Shown in pieces: positions 1-12,785 of a stretch of 64,000 nucleotides of DNA. Where the stretch lies: NCBI RefSeq assembly GCF_009914755.1, contig NC_060926.1. The stretch is one strand, 5' to 3'. The translations under genes and the position numbers were made by a program. The notes below the pieces were generated by a model, which worked only from the letters and a program-made list of their open reading frames with translations, was not told the DNA's origin and did not search any database. Positions within the stretch are counted from its first letter, which is position 1, and each line of letters starts with the position of its first letter. This DNA is from the human T2T-CHM13v2.0 reference genome, Homo sapiens.

Positions 1-223
1 ATTGTAAACACACAGGTATCAAGGGAGGAAGGTGTGTTCAGAGACCCAGTGTTTCTCCTAGTCATTAATTAACCTCAAATGCAGGCTAAGAACTGAATAT
101 GCTTCTGTATTAGACTAAATGAAGTATTTTAAATTTATATCTGGAGGATTTGCTTTTAGTAAATATGATTTTTTTTCAAAATAGTATTTTCAAGTATATT
201 CTCTACACCTTGATAGTCTATAT

Positions 224-437
224 CAAGAGTTAGCAGACTGCATTTCATAGGCCAAATCTGGCTTGCCATTTGCTTTTATAAATAAGTTTTATTGGAATGG
301 AATTACTTTAATTTGTTTACATAATATATGTGACTTCTTTCACACTTCAAGAGCAGAGTTGAGAAGTTGTGATAGAAGCCATACATCCCACAAAGCCTAA
401 AAAATGTATATTTACTAAATATTTGTGTCTGCCTCTG
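224..437 (+). mobile_element. MER58A-like hAT-Charlie MITE, degenerate
   Basis: Matches recalled MER58A motifs (ggccaaatctggc...aataagttttattggaa...gcagagttgagaagttgtgatag...caaagcctaaaa). Confidence 0.7.
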
Positions 438-961
438 CAAATACTCTAAGCTTTTTAGCAGAAGATATTCTAACATGATACCATGTGTTAAAAACCATAT
501 AATCTGAAAATCAAATGAGGTCTGTAGTCTAGTTAACAGTGTACCACTCTCAATTTCCTGGTTTTCGATATTGTGCTATATAGCTACATAACATGTCACC
601 ATTAGAGGAAGGTGAGTAAAAAGTATACAAGAGTCTATATTTTTGCACCTTCCTGAATCTGTAATTATTTTTAAAACCATAATATAAATTTTATATGGAG
701 GTAAAATTATGTGAATATTACGAACTACCGCATACACATCTATGAGAGTCCATATCAGAATTCTAATATCTTTAGATCACCCTAAATGTACTGATAGTAT
801 TATTTACTTTTTTTTCACTTAGGATGTTGCATATTCTCTAAGTTTGAGATATAATATAGTAGTTTGATTTTTTTGATGATTAAAACGAGTAATCTATTTT
901 TATGTTGCAATTTATATGGTGAAGTTTTGATTTTATAATTTTTATATACTTTTAAAATTAG

Positions 962-1012
962 GTATTTATGATGATGATCCTGAAATCATAACATTGGAAA
1001 GAAGAGAATTTG
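962..1012 (+). CDS. DNAJC10: DNAJC10/ERdj5 coding exon 5 (51 nt): (G)IYDDDPEIITLERREF(D)
   Basis: attag|GTATTT acceptor, TTTG|gtaagt donor, phase 1-1; peptide matches ERdj5. Confidence 0.96.
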
Positions 1013-1074
1013 GTAAGTTTGTGGGCTTAAGGTTTTATAAAACTAATACAAGTTCGATCTCATCTAAAACTCTA

Positions 1075-1345
1075 GGGGATATATATGTTTGAAATTTAGA
1101 AATCTTTTGGAGTTTCGAACAGTAATAATGTAATATACTGTATCTTAAATATTTCTAGCAGAATGTGGGGAAGTGTACCATAATAAAAACATTAATATTT
1201 ATGTAGCAAAATGTGTAAGTATATATACTAAATAAAAGAAATTTAAAAATCAGTTCAGATCAGGTTTGGATGCCAAGTGAGCTTGCTGCAAACTTACAGC
1301 AAAACTTCTCAGAGCTTTTTGATTTTAGAGTTTTGGATAAAGGTA
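1075..1345. mobile_element. MER46C/Tigger-derived remnant
   Basis: cagttcagatcaggtttg...ttttggataaagg resembles MER46C; boundaries approximate. Confidence 0.45.
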
Positions 1346-1599
1346 TAGTTATTTTGGAAGTAGATTTAATTTGATTGGCAACTTTGTGTGAAAATGGCCA
1401 TAAAAATACAGTTCTGCATTTTCCATTGCATTTTAGAAAATTGTATACCAGAATAGATTCTTATACTTTCATCCTTTGTACAGTAATAATATAATAGGTT
1501 TATTTTTTCTATTTCAGAGCAATAAATTAAACTTCAAATCAAATTTCAATTTTATATTGCTCTATCACAATTGTATTTAATTTAGAAAACTAAAATACA

Positions 1600-2301
<702 letters not shown>

Positions 2302-2985
2302 TAATCTTATTTTCTACATCATGCTGGTGAGCTTCACATACAAAATAGCTGTTCAATGTGTTACTTTGTTAAAAGCCTTCTAGGTGAACACTTGAACATG
2401 TTCTAAGTGAATAGAAAATACATCTTTCCTGTGTTCTGCAAATAAGACAATTTGATTCATTTGGATTGTTAATAGAATTAATGCTCATGTCACAAGCTGG
2501 TAGAATCATAACTCTCGTGTGAGTTATATAAACCTATAGCTGTTCCTGTGTGGTTTTTATTGTCTCTCATCTCCTAATATATCAGTAAGTGTTTTGTGTA
2601 CCAATGGTTCAGAAAACATCGGAATTACAGATAGAGGAACTGAACAAAACTTGCAAGCTTACTAATCCATGAGTCTACCTAGAATGAGACTTCACTGATA
2701 GTTATATTGTATATGGGTTCACACTTTTTCAGATGTGTCACTATGCAGAAAAGCTTAAGAACTGTTAATAGTTCATATAGAACCCCAAATGGTAGTTCAA
2801 GATAAATTGCAGCCACAAAACTTCAGAGATAATTCATAAATAATTAACCTTGCTTGATGAGAGGAATGAGCAGGAGCATTGTTGTGATAGAGAAGGACCC
2901 TCTAGTGAAGCTTTCCCAGGCATTTTTCTGCTAAGCAGATGTTATCATTTCTGGCTCTCTAGAAAGTCAACAAGCAAATGCCTTC

Positions 2986-3589
2986 TAAGCTCTTCTATTA
3001 TATGCAGCATAGGTTAAGTAGGTTTAATCAATTCTGACAGCTACTGTAAACTCTGAAAGAATAAAATAAGAGACCTACATAATACAGTAAGGATTGCGGG
3101 GATTAAATTTAATATAAGCCCTAAATAAGACATTACCTTGGAAAATCACTTTATTTGAAAAGATTGACTTTTTTTTAACAATTCAAAACATTAATACATA
3201 CTTGCTAAAATTATAGATTTGAACATGTGATATCTAGCCAATAGTGCAGTTTATATTTTATCTGTAAAATGACCTGATGCAAATTACAAATTTTACTCAC
3301 TTAAAAAATTTAACATTGTAAAAATGTGCTTTCACATTCAAGATAAAAAGGCGAGGGTAATCTGCTTTTGGTTAAAGGATTTCCATATGATTCCATGTTA
3401 AAATTAGTTAATATTTTAAAATAAAAATTTCAGAAATTACAGTAAGACATTAAAACATGCATGGTATTCTAAATACGTGCAACTAATTCAGGCTAATTAG
3501 AAACAGGTACAGGACTCAGTGTTCACCTACATTTCAAGTATAAGATAGACCTGTGGGGAAAAAGTTAATCTGTACATTACAGGCAAAGT
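2986..3589 (+). repeat. Left arm of ~600-bp inverted repeat
   Basis: Reverse complement of 6510-7111; about 32 differences by manual alignment. Confidence 0.96.
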
Positions 3590-5205
3590 AATTACATTTT
3601 ACTTTGCTAATAGAAGCTGTTAACTGGAGTTGTATGTATATTAACAGACAGTAGCTGTAGTTGTATAGTTTAGAAGTGGAAAGTTGCATTTTGAAATGTA
3701 ATAATTCTATTCTGGGTCACTGTTAGGCACAACATCCCATTGAGCTGTGATGATACAGTATTTAAAATATTTTAACTTTATTCTTATTACTCAGCAATCA
3801 GTGGGAACTTGGCAAATATGAGAAGTGCTCTATGAAGACAAAGTACAGGTGTACCTCATTTTATTACACTTTGATTTATTGCACTTCATAGATAATGCAC
3901 TTTTTTTTCCTTAACAAATTGAAGGTTTTTAGCAACCCTACATCAAGCGAGTCTATCAGCTGAACGTGTTTCCAATAGCATGTGCTCATTTCATGTCTCT
4001 TTCTCACATTTTGGTATCCAAACTTTTTCATTATTATTCTGTCTGTTACAGTGATCTACAGTCAGTGATCTTTGATGTTACTATTGTAATCATTTTGGAG
4101 TGTGCCCATAGGATGGCATACTTAATTTTTGTGTCTATTCTGACTGCTCCCTCTTCCTTCTCCCTTTTCTCTCCCACTTCTTGGGCCTCCCTACTCCCTG
4201 AGATACAACATTACTGAAATTAAGCCAATTAATAACTACAGTGACCTCTTAAGTGTTGAAGTGGAAGAGATGCACATCTCTCATTTTAAATCAGAAGCTA
4301 GAAATGATTAAGCTTAGTGAGGGAGGCATATCAAAACCCAAGACAGGCTAAAAGGTAGACCTCTTTTGCTAGTTAAATTATAAATGCAAAGGAAAAGTTC
4401 TTCATGGAAAGTAAACGTGCTACTCCAGTGAACACACTAATGATAACACAAAACAGCCATACTGCTAACATAGAGAATGTCTTAGTGGTCTGGGTAGATC
4501 AAATTATCTACAACATCCCCTTAGCGAAAGCCTAACCAGAGAAAGACCCTAATTCTTTTCAATTTTATGGAGGCTTAGAGAGATGAAGAAGCTGCAGAAA
4601 AAAGTTTGAAGCTAGAAAAGGTTGGTTCATGAGGTTTAAAGAAAACAGCCATCTCCATAACATCAAAATACAAGATGAAGCAGCAAGTCCCGACATAGAA
4701 GCTGCAGCAAGTTTTCCAGAAGATCTAGCTAAGATCATTGATGAAGGTGGCTATACTAAACAACAAATTCTCAATGTTAATGAGACAGCCTTCCATTGGA
4801 AGAAGATGCTATCTGGGACTTTTTTTTCATGCCTGCTAACACCATATCCATTCTGCAGCCCGTAAATCAAGGAGTAATTTCAACTTCAAGTCATATTATC
4901 TAAGAAATACATTTCATAAGGCTCTACCTGCCATAGGTAGTGATTCCTCTGATGGATCCAGGCAAAGTAAATTGGAAACCTTCTGGAAAGGAGTCACCAT
5001 TCTAGTGTCATTAAGAACATCTGTGATTCATGGAAGGAGGTCAAAATATCAGTGTTACAGGAGTTGGGAAGAAGTTCATTCCACCCTTCATGGATGACTT
5101 TGAGGTGTTCAAGGCTTCAATGGAGGATGTAACTGTAGATGTGATAGAAATAGCAAGAGAACTGGAATTAGAAGTGGAGCCTGATTATGTGACTGAATTG
5201 CTGCA

Positions 5206-5257
5206 ATCTCATTATAATGATCTCATTATAATATAATTATCTCATTATAATAATCTC
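5206..5257. repeat. Short tandem amplification of ATCTCATTATAAT inside Tigger1
   Basis: Three imperfectly spaced copies plus a partial fourth. Confidence 0.75.
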
Positions 5258-5689
5258 ACCATGGGGCGGTGAGGAGTTGTTCCTTATGGATGAGCAGAGA
5301 AAGTGATTTCCTGAGATGGAACCTACTCCTGGTGAAGATCCTGTAAACAATGTTGATATGACAACAAAGGATTTAGAATATTACATAAACTTGGTTGATA
5401 AAACAGCAGCAGGGTTTGAGGCCAGTTTTGACTCCAATTTTGAAAGAAGTTCTACTGTGGGTCAGATGCCATCAAACAGCATTTCACGCTTCAGAGAAAA
5501 TCTTTCAGGAAAGGAGACATCAATCAGTGTGGCAAACTTCATTGTCATCTCATTTTAAGAAATTGCCACAGCCACCCCAACCTTACACAACCACCACCCT
5601 GATCAGTCAGCACCCATCAACATCACGACATGCATGACTTGCTGAAAGGCTGAAATGACTGTTAGCATTTTTTACCAATAAAGTTATTT

Positions 5690-5963
5690 TTTGTTCCTTG
5701 GTTGGTTTGTCACCCCACCTGGAGAGTGCAGCAGCAGGATCATAGCTCATCACAGCCTTGAACTCCTGGGCTCAAGCAATCCTGCTACCTCAGTCTCCCG
5801 ACTAGCTGAGACTGCGGGCATGTGCCACCATGTCCAGCTATTTTTATAGAGACAGGGTCTTGCTGTGTTTCCCAGGCTGGTCTCAAACTCCTGGGCTCAA
5901 GTGATCCTCCTGTCTCAGCCTCCCAAAAGGCTAGATGACAAGCATGAGCCACTGCGCCCAGCC
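5690..5963 (-). mobile_element. AluJ nested in Tigger1
   Basis: Divergent reverse Alu with ctcctgggctcaag in both arms (J-type). Confidence 0.85.
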
Positions 5964-6509
5964 TATTTTCTAATTAAGGTATGTACATTGTTTTGTTTGT
6001 TTTTTTTTTTTTAGACATAATGCTATTACATAATACACTGTATATAGTGTAAATATAACTTTTATATGCACTGGAAAACCAGAAAATTTGTGTGACTCCT
6101 TTATAGTGATACTTGCTATGTTGTGATTTGGAAACAAACCCACAATATCTGAGGTATGCCTGTTACCAGGGTAGGAGACATTTTTACTACAAGAAAGGTT
6201 TTGTGTCAAATACCATTCAAATTTGTTTTACAGCATATTTTTATTTAAGACTTATGAACAGTAATACCTTGTGTAATTATTGCTTTCTATTTTTATATAA
6301 AAATAACTACCTCATTACTTGTTTATAGCTGATAAGATAATCCCTTCTTTCATTAAAGTTTGCATTAATTCTGTTAATATTTTTACCTAAATTTGTACTG
6401 GTTTGTGGTCTAAACCAATATGGCAATTTTTTCGACCACCTCTATAGAATGGTCATTTGCCAGACTTTGAAAACATTGCCAAAGAACAGCCCATAGTCCT
6501 GAATTACAC

Positions 6510-7111
6510 ACTTTGCCTGTAATGTGTAGATTAACTGTTTTCCCACAGGTCTGTCTTATACTTGAAATGTAGGTGAACACTGAGTCCTGCACCTGTTTCT
6601 AATTAGCCTGAATTAGTTGCACGTATTTAGAATACCATGTGTGATTTAATGTCTTACTGTAATTTCTGAAATTTTTATTTTAAAATAATAAATTTTAACA
6701 TGGAATTATATGGAAATCCTTTAACCAAAAGCAGATTAACCTCGCCTTTTTATCTTGAATGTGAAAGCACATTTTTACAATGTTAAATTTTTTAAGTGAG
6801 TAAAATTTGTAATTTGCATCAGGTCATTTTACAGATAAAATATAAAATGTACTATTGGCTAGATATTATATGTTGTTCAAATCTGTAATTTTAGCAAATA
6901 TGTATTAATGTTTTGAATTGTTAAAAACCTCAACCTTTTCAAACAAAATGATTTTCCAAGGTAATGTCTTGTTTAGGGCTTAGATTAAATTTAATCCCCG
7001 CAATCCTTACTGTATTATGTAGGTCTCTTATTTTATTCTTTCAGAGTTTACAGTAGCTGTCAGAATTGACTAAACCTACTTAACCTGTGCTGCATGTAAT
7101 AGAAGAGCTTA
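6510..7111 (-). repeat. Right arm of ~600-bp inverted repeat
   Basis: Reverse complement of 2986-3589; 6740-6846 pairs perfectly with 3250-3356. Confidence 0.96.
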
Positions 7112-7519
7112 AATCTCAGTCACTCTTACTATTTGTCTTCTTTATTTCTCTCATGCACACAAACTCTTACGTGAGGTTTGGCTGCTATTTCTTGTGCCGT
7201 CACTTTTTACAACTTTATGGCCATATTTATCTTGCAGTTTGAGGCTGCTTCTTTTTCAAGTATGGGCGTAGGAGAGTTTTTTTAAAAAGCTATTGTTGGT
7301 TTGACATTTGAAATGTTTCTTGTGGAAAAAAAATTTTTAATTTTTTAAAAATGTCATTTATGTAGAAGATATAGAAAAACATCACACAGAAAATGAGAAA
7401 GACAATATGAAAATTGCATGACTTTTTAAAATTCTGATCTCCACAAAAAGTTTTTAACTAAAATATGCATGAACCTTTAATAAATAATTCTAAGTTGTTT
7501 GCATTTTATGTATTTTTAG

Positions 7520-7602
7520 ATGCTGCTGTTAATTCTGGAGAACTGTGGTTTGTAAATTTTTACTCCCCAGGCTGTTCACACTGCCATGATTTAGCTCCCA
7601 CA
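7520..7602 (+). CDS. DNAJC10: DNAJC10 exon 6 (83 nt), Trx1 active site CSHC
   Basis: ttttag|ATGCTG ... CCCACA|gtatgt; AAVNSGELWFVNFYSPGCSHCHDLAPT. Confidence 0.97.
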
Positions 7603-7805
7603 GTATGTATTTTTCACATCCTCATTACTAGTTTTATTTCTAATTGATCTGCAATTTATATGTTAGAATTTTTTTTCTATGAATAGTAATCAAAAATAAT
7701 TATCAAATACTTTAAATGTCTGGTTTAAAAATATATAGCTTGGAGTGTGTTCAAGGGAAGAAAAGTGGTCTTATCAGAGAAATATGTTTTCTTTTTCTGT
7801 CATAG

Positions 7806-7937
7806 TGGAGAGACTTTGCTAAAGAAGTGGATGGGTTACTTCGAATTGGAGCTGTTAACTGTGGTGATGATAGAATGCTTTGCCGAATGAAAGGAGTCAA
7901 CAGCTATCCCAGTCTCTTCATTTTTCGGTCTGGAATG
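7806..7937 (+). CDS. DNAJC10: DNAJC10 exon 7 (132 nt)
   Basis: catag|TGGAGA ... GGAATG|gtaagg; WRDFAKEVDGLLRIGAVNC...FRSGM. Confidence 0.97.
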
Positions 7938-8065
7938 GTAAGGGATAAAGTTAGCATTTTTTAAATTTGTGAAACATTATGACAAGTTAAATAGTAGAGA
8001 AAATAACAGTATGTAGAATTTGCAGAACATTTTAAGTCTTGTTTTACAAGGTGCCATCTCACTAG

Positions 8066-8404
<339 letters not shown>

Positions 8405-8791
8405 TGACTTTGCTATATTTTAAAATTAAATGTTTGCCAATTTCAGTTTCTGTCTTAAGGAACATAATTTATACAATATGTATATTGTATTTGGTAGTTT
8501 ACAAAGTATTTTACAAGTGTTGTCTCATTGAATGTAAAGCTCTGATATCTTTTTTCTTAGTTTCCAGTGAGGAACCTGAAACGATTATAAATGGTATTAT
8601 TAAAATGTGTTCCATAGAATCTGTACTGTCAAGATTATCAGGATATCATTTGGAAATACATTCTGCTATTGAGAAATAGAGCTTTGCTGCATTATTCAAG
8701 ATAATGTAAAAATCAAACTCTTTGGTATTATTTTTATTGAGTTTTAAAAAGAAAAAGTAAAAGATGTTTCTCTTCTTACAAAAACCAATAG

Positions 8792-8885
8792 GCCCCAGTG
8801 AAATATCATGGAGACAGATCAAAGGAGAGTTTAGTGAGTTTTGCAATGCAGCATGTTAGAAGTACAGTGACAGAACTTTGGACAG
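8792..8885 (+). CDS. DNAJC10: DNAJC10 exon 8 (94 nt)
   Basis: aatag|GCCCCA ... ACAG|gtaatt; APVKYHGDRSKESLVSFAMQHVRSTVTELWT. Confidence 0.96.
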
Positions 8886-9973
8886 GTAATTTTATTTTCT
8901 TAATTTGCTTGATTTTCAGGGTATTTTGAAATCAGTATTTTGTTTTTAATGGCAATATTAACATTTTGGTCATGGTATTGAAATTTTAAAGTGTCTTTTC
9001 CATGTTTCTTAGAAGGGAATTGTGTCATTTACTCTGAACTCTGCTGAATTTAACAAACTAGTTAAATTTTTACAGAAACTTGAACTATCGAGATATGGGA
9101 AATGGATATGAGATAGGGCTACGGTAAAAAAGGCATCTCTCAAAGTGCAAAAAATGTTTTGTAATACAAGTGTTTTATTGCTTTTTTAAATATGCTTATC
9201 AATCAGTAAATTCAAACCTATTCTGTTTAATTTTAAAGTTTAAAAATGCTTCTAATCTTAGGCTTTTAACTCATTAACTGCCTTTAGGCAGATTAAGCTA
9301 ATAATAGTATTTGTGGCTCAAGATGTTCATTTTATTCATTGAGTAAAGTTACGTGTCAGAAACTATTAAATAGTGGGGCTGCAGTAATAAAATATATAGT
9401 CCCTGCCATCAGTGACTTCATTAGTGAGGAAAACATTAGTAAACAATTAAAATGCAATATAGGTACTATTATTATAGAGCTTAAGGGAGCATAAGATGTG
9501 TAAAACAACCCAGTTGGGGAAAAGAGAAAGAGTTAGAAAATACTTCTTGAAAGAAGTCATATCCAATCTGTCATGAAAATGAATAGGAAGCCTTAGGAGA
9601 TCACTGTGTATTTGGGGAACTGGCAATACTTCATGAATCTGACAAAAAGATCAATAATTGGGTCAAGTGGTGTGGGGAAATATAATATAGCTGGCTAAAT
9701 AGGTAGGCAAAGCTCAAGTCACAGGGGCCTAACTTGCCAATTTGAGTTTTTTTCTTAATGAAATAATGAATTTAGGTTTTATATGATGAAAAAATTGGAG
9801 AGCCATTGAAGGAATTTGTCATACTCAAGAGTATCTTTGGAAAGATAACTGGTAAAACTCAGAGTGGATTAGAAGAGGGTGAGATTAGAAAGGAAAAATT
9901 ACTTAGAAGACTGTTTCCATTAGTAAAGGAGTAATAGGTGATCAGAATTTGCTTTTTTTCTTTTATTTTTAAG

Positions 9974-10051
9974 GAAATTTTGTCAACTCCATACAAACTG
10001 CTTTTGCTGCTGGTATTGGCTGGCTGATCACTTTTTGTTCAAAAGGAGGAG
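9974..10051 (+). CDS. DNAJC10: DNAJC10 exon 9 (78 nt)
   Basis: tttaag|GAAATT ... GGAG|gtaata; NFVNSIQTAFAAGIGWLITFCSKGG. Confidence 0.96.
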
Positions 10052-11253
10052 GTAATACTATTTTTTAATTTTGTTGGAATGAGAACATGACATTTAAATT
10101 TTTGGTGACAGTTTTAAGTATGCTACTGTAATTGATTATTAAGTACTAGAAACTACAATTTATGCCCAGGATTACAATTTTTTTACTTAATGAATATTCG
10201 CCTTTTTCATTATTTTACACATGAGGTTATTATTCATTTTTTAATGTATCCTCTATGTTTTTATGTTCAGTGGACCAGTTTTTCAGCTTAGACTCATGAT
10301 AAATTGTACCTTCAGATAGCCACAGATGTTATTTGACAATTTGCAAAAATAACTAGTTGTTTACAGCTCTAACCCCTCCCAAAATAATAATTTTTTGGAA
10401 ATATGGACTTTGCTTCATGCTTATATATATCTCTCAAACATACATAGATTTGCCTCATACAATTATATACTTGAAGATGACAGCTTCTTCTAGGAACCTT
10501 TCCTTGAATAAATTAAGTTGAAAATTCAGTACTCTGCATAGCAAGCCGTAAACTGTAAACTGTGTTCAAGCAATGTGGTTGGTTAAAAATTGTTCTAAGA
10601 CAACAAAATATTATAACTCAATGTATTTGCATGTATTTAATCCCAACATGAGTCTTCTCCCCACATTTCATCTCTCAGCCTTCATGCTGCTATATTGAAA
10701 AGGTACTGCCTTGTAACTAAAATCAACCCATTACCCCATCCTGTAAGGCCTATGCTAGAAAGACACTGCCTTGCAGCAAAACGTCAGCCTTAAACTTAAC
10801 TAATCACCAAGGGATTTTGTCTCATTTTGGCCTATTGCCCAAATTTCTGTTCATCCACACATGAACAAAAGTTCTTACATTCTCTGAGATTCTTTTACTT
10901 CTCACCTCAAGTAAATTGCTTCTCCCTGTCTTTGTAGGCTCTGTGATGCTATAGCTCTCTTTCTTCTAAATCTTCTCTCATTGTATTCTAGTGTTCATAT
11001 TTGCAGAACTTTCATAAAAATAGTGAAGGCACTATTTAAAGATTTTATTGTATTTTGAGGATCCTTTATATACTTCTATCAAATATCTATTACATTTTAT
11101 TTCCCCCCAATTTTGAGATCTCTTGGATAAAATGGATTGTTGATAGGAGGAGAGATTGAGAGTATTAACCTAAAGAGAGAAAATTACTTTTTCTCTGTAG
11201 CTAGACATCCTAGAAATTAAAGGGAGAGAATGAAAGAAAGAGGGAGCGAGGGA

Positions 11254-11297
11254 GTGTGTGTGTGTTTTTGTGTGTGTGTGTGTATGTGTGTGTGTGT
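11254..11297. repeat. (TG)n microsatellite, interrupted
   Basis: Direct reading. Confidence 0.9.
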
Positions 11298-11442
11298 AGA
11301 AGGATTTCCATATCTATCAATAGAGTCCAGCTCAATTAATTGCCTTCGAATGAACATGGTAATTTGGGGGAAAGGCAAATGCAAGTATTTTCATCAGGCT
11401 TAATAAAGGTAAAACTGCCTCATAAGGTTTTTTTGTCCCCAG

Positions 11443-11486
11443 ATTGTTTGACTTCACAGACACGACTCAGGCTTAGTGGCATGTTG
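11443..11486 (+). CDS. DNAJC10: DNAJC10 exon 10 (44 nt)
   Basis: cccag|ATTGTT ... ATGTTG|gtaagc; CLTSQTRLRLSGML. Confidence 0.96.
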
Positions 11487-11989
11487 GTAAGCATCAATCA
11501 TTTTGTAAAACTATATCACCATGTAAAGAAACACGTTTAGAAATTGATTTGAAACATTTTCTTCCCTTATTTCTTGAACATTTAACTCACCTATTTGTAA
11601 TCTTATTTTCTGATGACTGTATTCATAGCTATGTGTTTTTTCCTGAATAATTAGTTACGTTCAATAAATTTTAACGTGATATCAATTCTAAGTGTCATTT
11701 ACTTTGTAAGTATTCTGTAATTTATAAGTTCCTCTTCAACTGAAGTTACATGTTAGTGTTTTTGTCATTTCCCAACTTTATCTTTTGTTGTTTTCTTTTT
11801 TAGTCATTTTTAAATGTATATAGCTCTCATGTTATGGCTGGGAAGTAGCCTGAGTGATGTTGATTTTTTAACACCATTGAAATACCCTTTGTGGCTTTGT
11901 GGCTTGACAAAGCCACACAAATTGTCAGTTTTGAAAATTTTGGAAATTCTTTGTGAGCTTGAATATAATAATGTTATGTTAGGTGTAAT

Positions 11990-12729
11990 ATATGTTAGGT
12001 GTAGTATTACATTTATTAGATCAGATTTATTAATCATGTTATTTGTTTTTGGACTACATGATCTATAATTTCTAAGAGGGATGTATTAAAATCTCTACCA
12101 TCCATCATTGATTTATCTATTTCTTATATTTCTGTCAGTTCTTCCTTTACATATTTTGACATTATATTGTTGGCAGCAGTATGATCATTATATCCTTTGG
12201 CGGCTATTTATTTCTCTTTGTGCATTATGGATTTGTTTACACAAATTCTGTTTTATTTGATATTAAAATCACTAACTTAGTATGCTTTTGTTTCATTCCC
12301 TTTCTTATTTCACCCTATGCCTAGGCCTTTAGTTTTTCAGCACTACACATTAAAATCACCTGAGGAGCTTTTAAAAATAATAAAAAAACAAAACCATGTC
12401 CCCCAGACCAATTAAATCAAAATATTCGAGGGTGAGGACTGAGCATTAGTATCTTTATTTTTTTTTTAATATTTGGTGATCAGAGTGATTGGCCTATATT
12501 TTTCCTTTCCAGTAAAGTCTGTGCACTTTTAGCATCAAAGTTAGGCTGGCCTTTAAATGTGTTGGAAAGTATTATCTCTTTTTCTCTTCTTTGGAAACAG
12601 TTTCTGTACAACTGTTGTTATTTCTTTCTCAATTTTTTTTTTTTTTTTTTGGTAGAATTTATCAGAAAACCATCTGGGCCTGAAGTTGTCTTTGAATCCA
12701 TATTTATAGACTTTTCTCCAATCTCTCTC

Positions 12730-12785
<56 letters not shown>

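Larger units (their letters stand above)
3846..6162 (+). mobile_element. Tigger1 DNA transposon (TcMar), near full length, disrupted transposase
   Basis: TA|CAGGTGTACCTC left TIR, GAGGTATGCCTG right TIR; transposase fragments ([19 protein letters not shown]; IEIARELELEVEP). Confidence 0.93.

Noticed and set aside
5206-5257. Spaced short repeats resembling a CRISPR-like array
   Set aside because: Eukaryotic intron; spacers of only a few nt; local slippage.
2986-7111. Inverted repeat interpreted as TIRs of a composite transposon carrying Tigger1
   Set aside because: No TSD seen at the outer ends, and the arms do not resemble Tigger TIRs; Tigger1 has its own termini.
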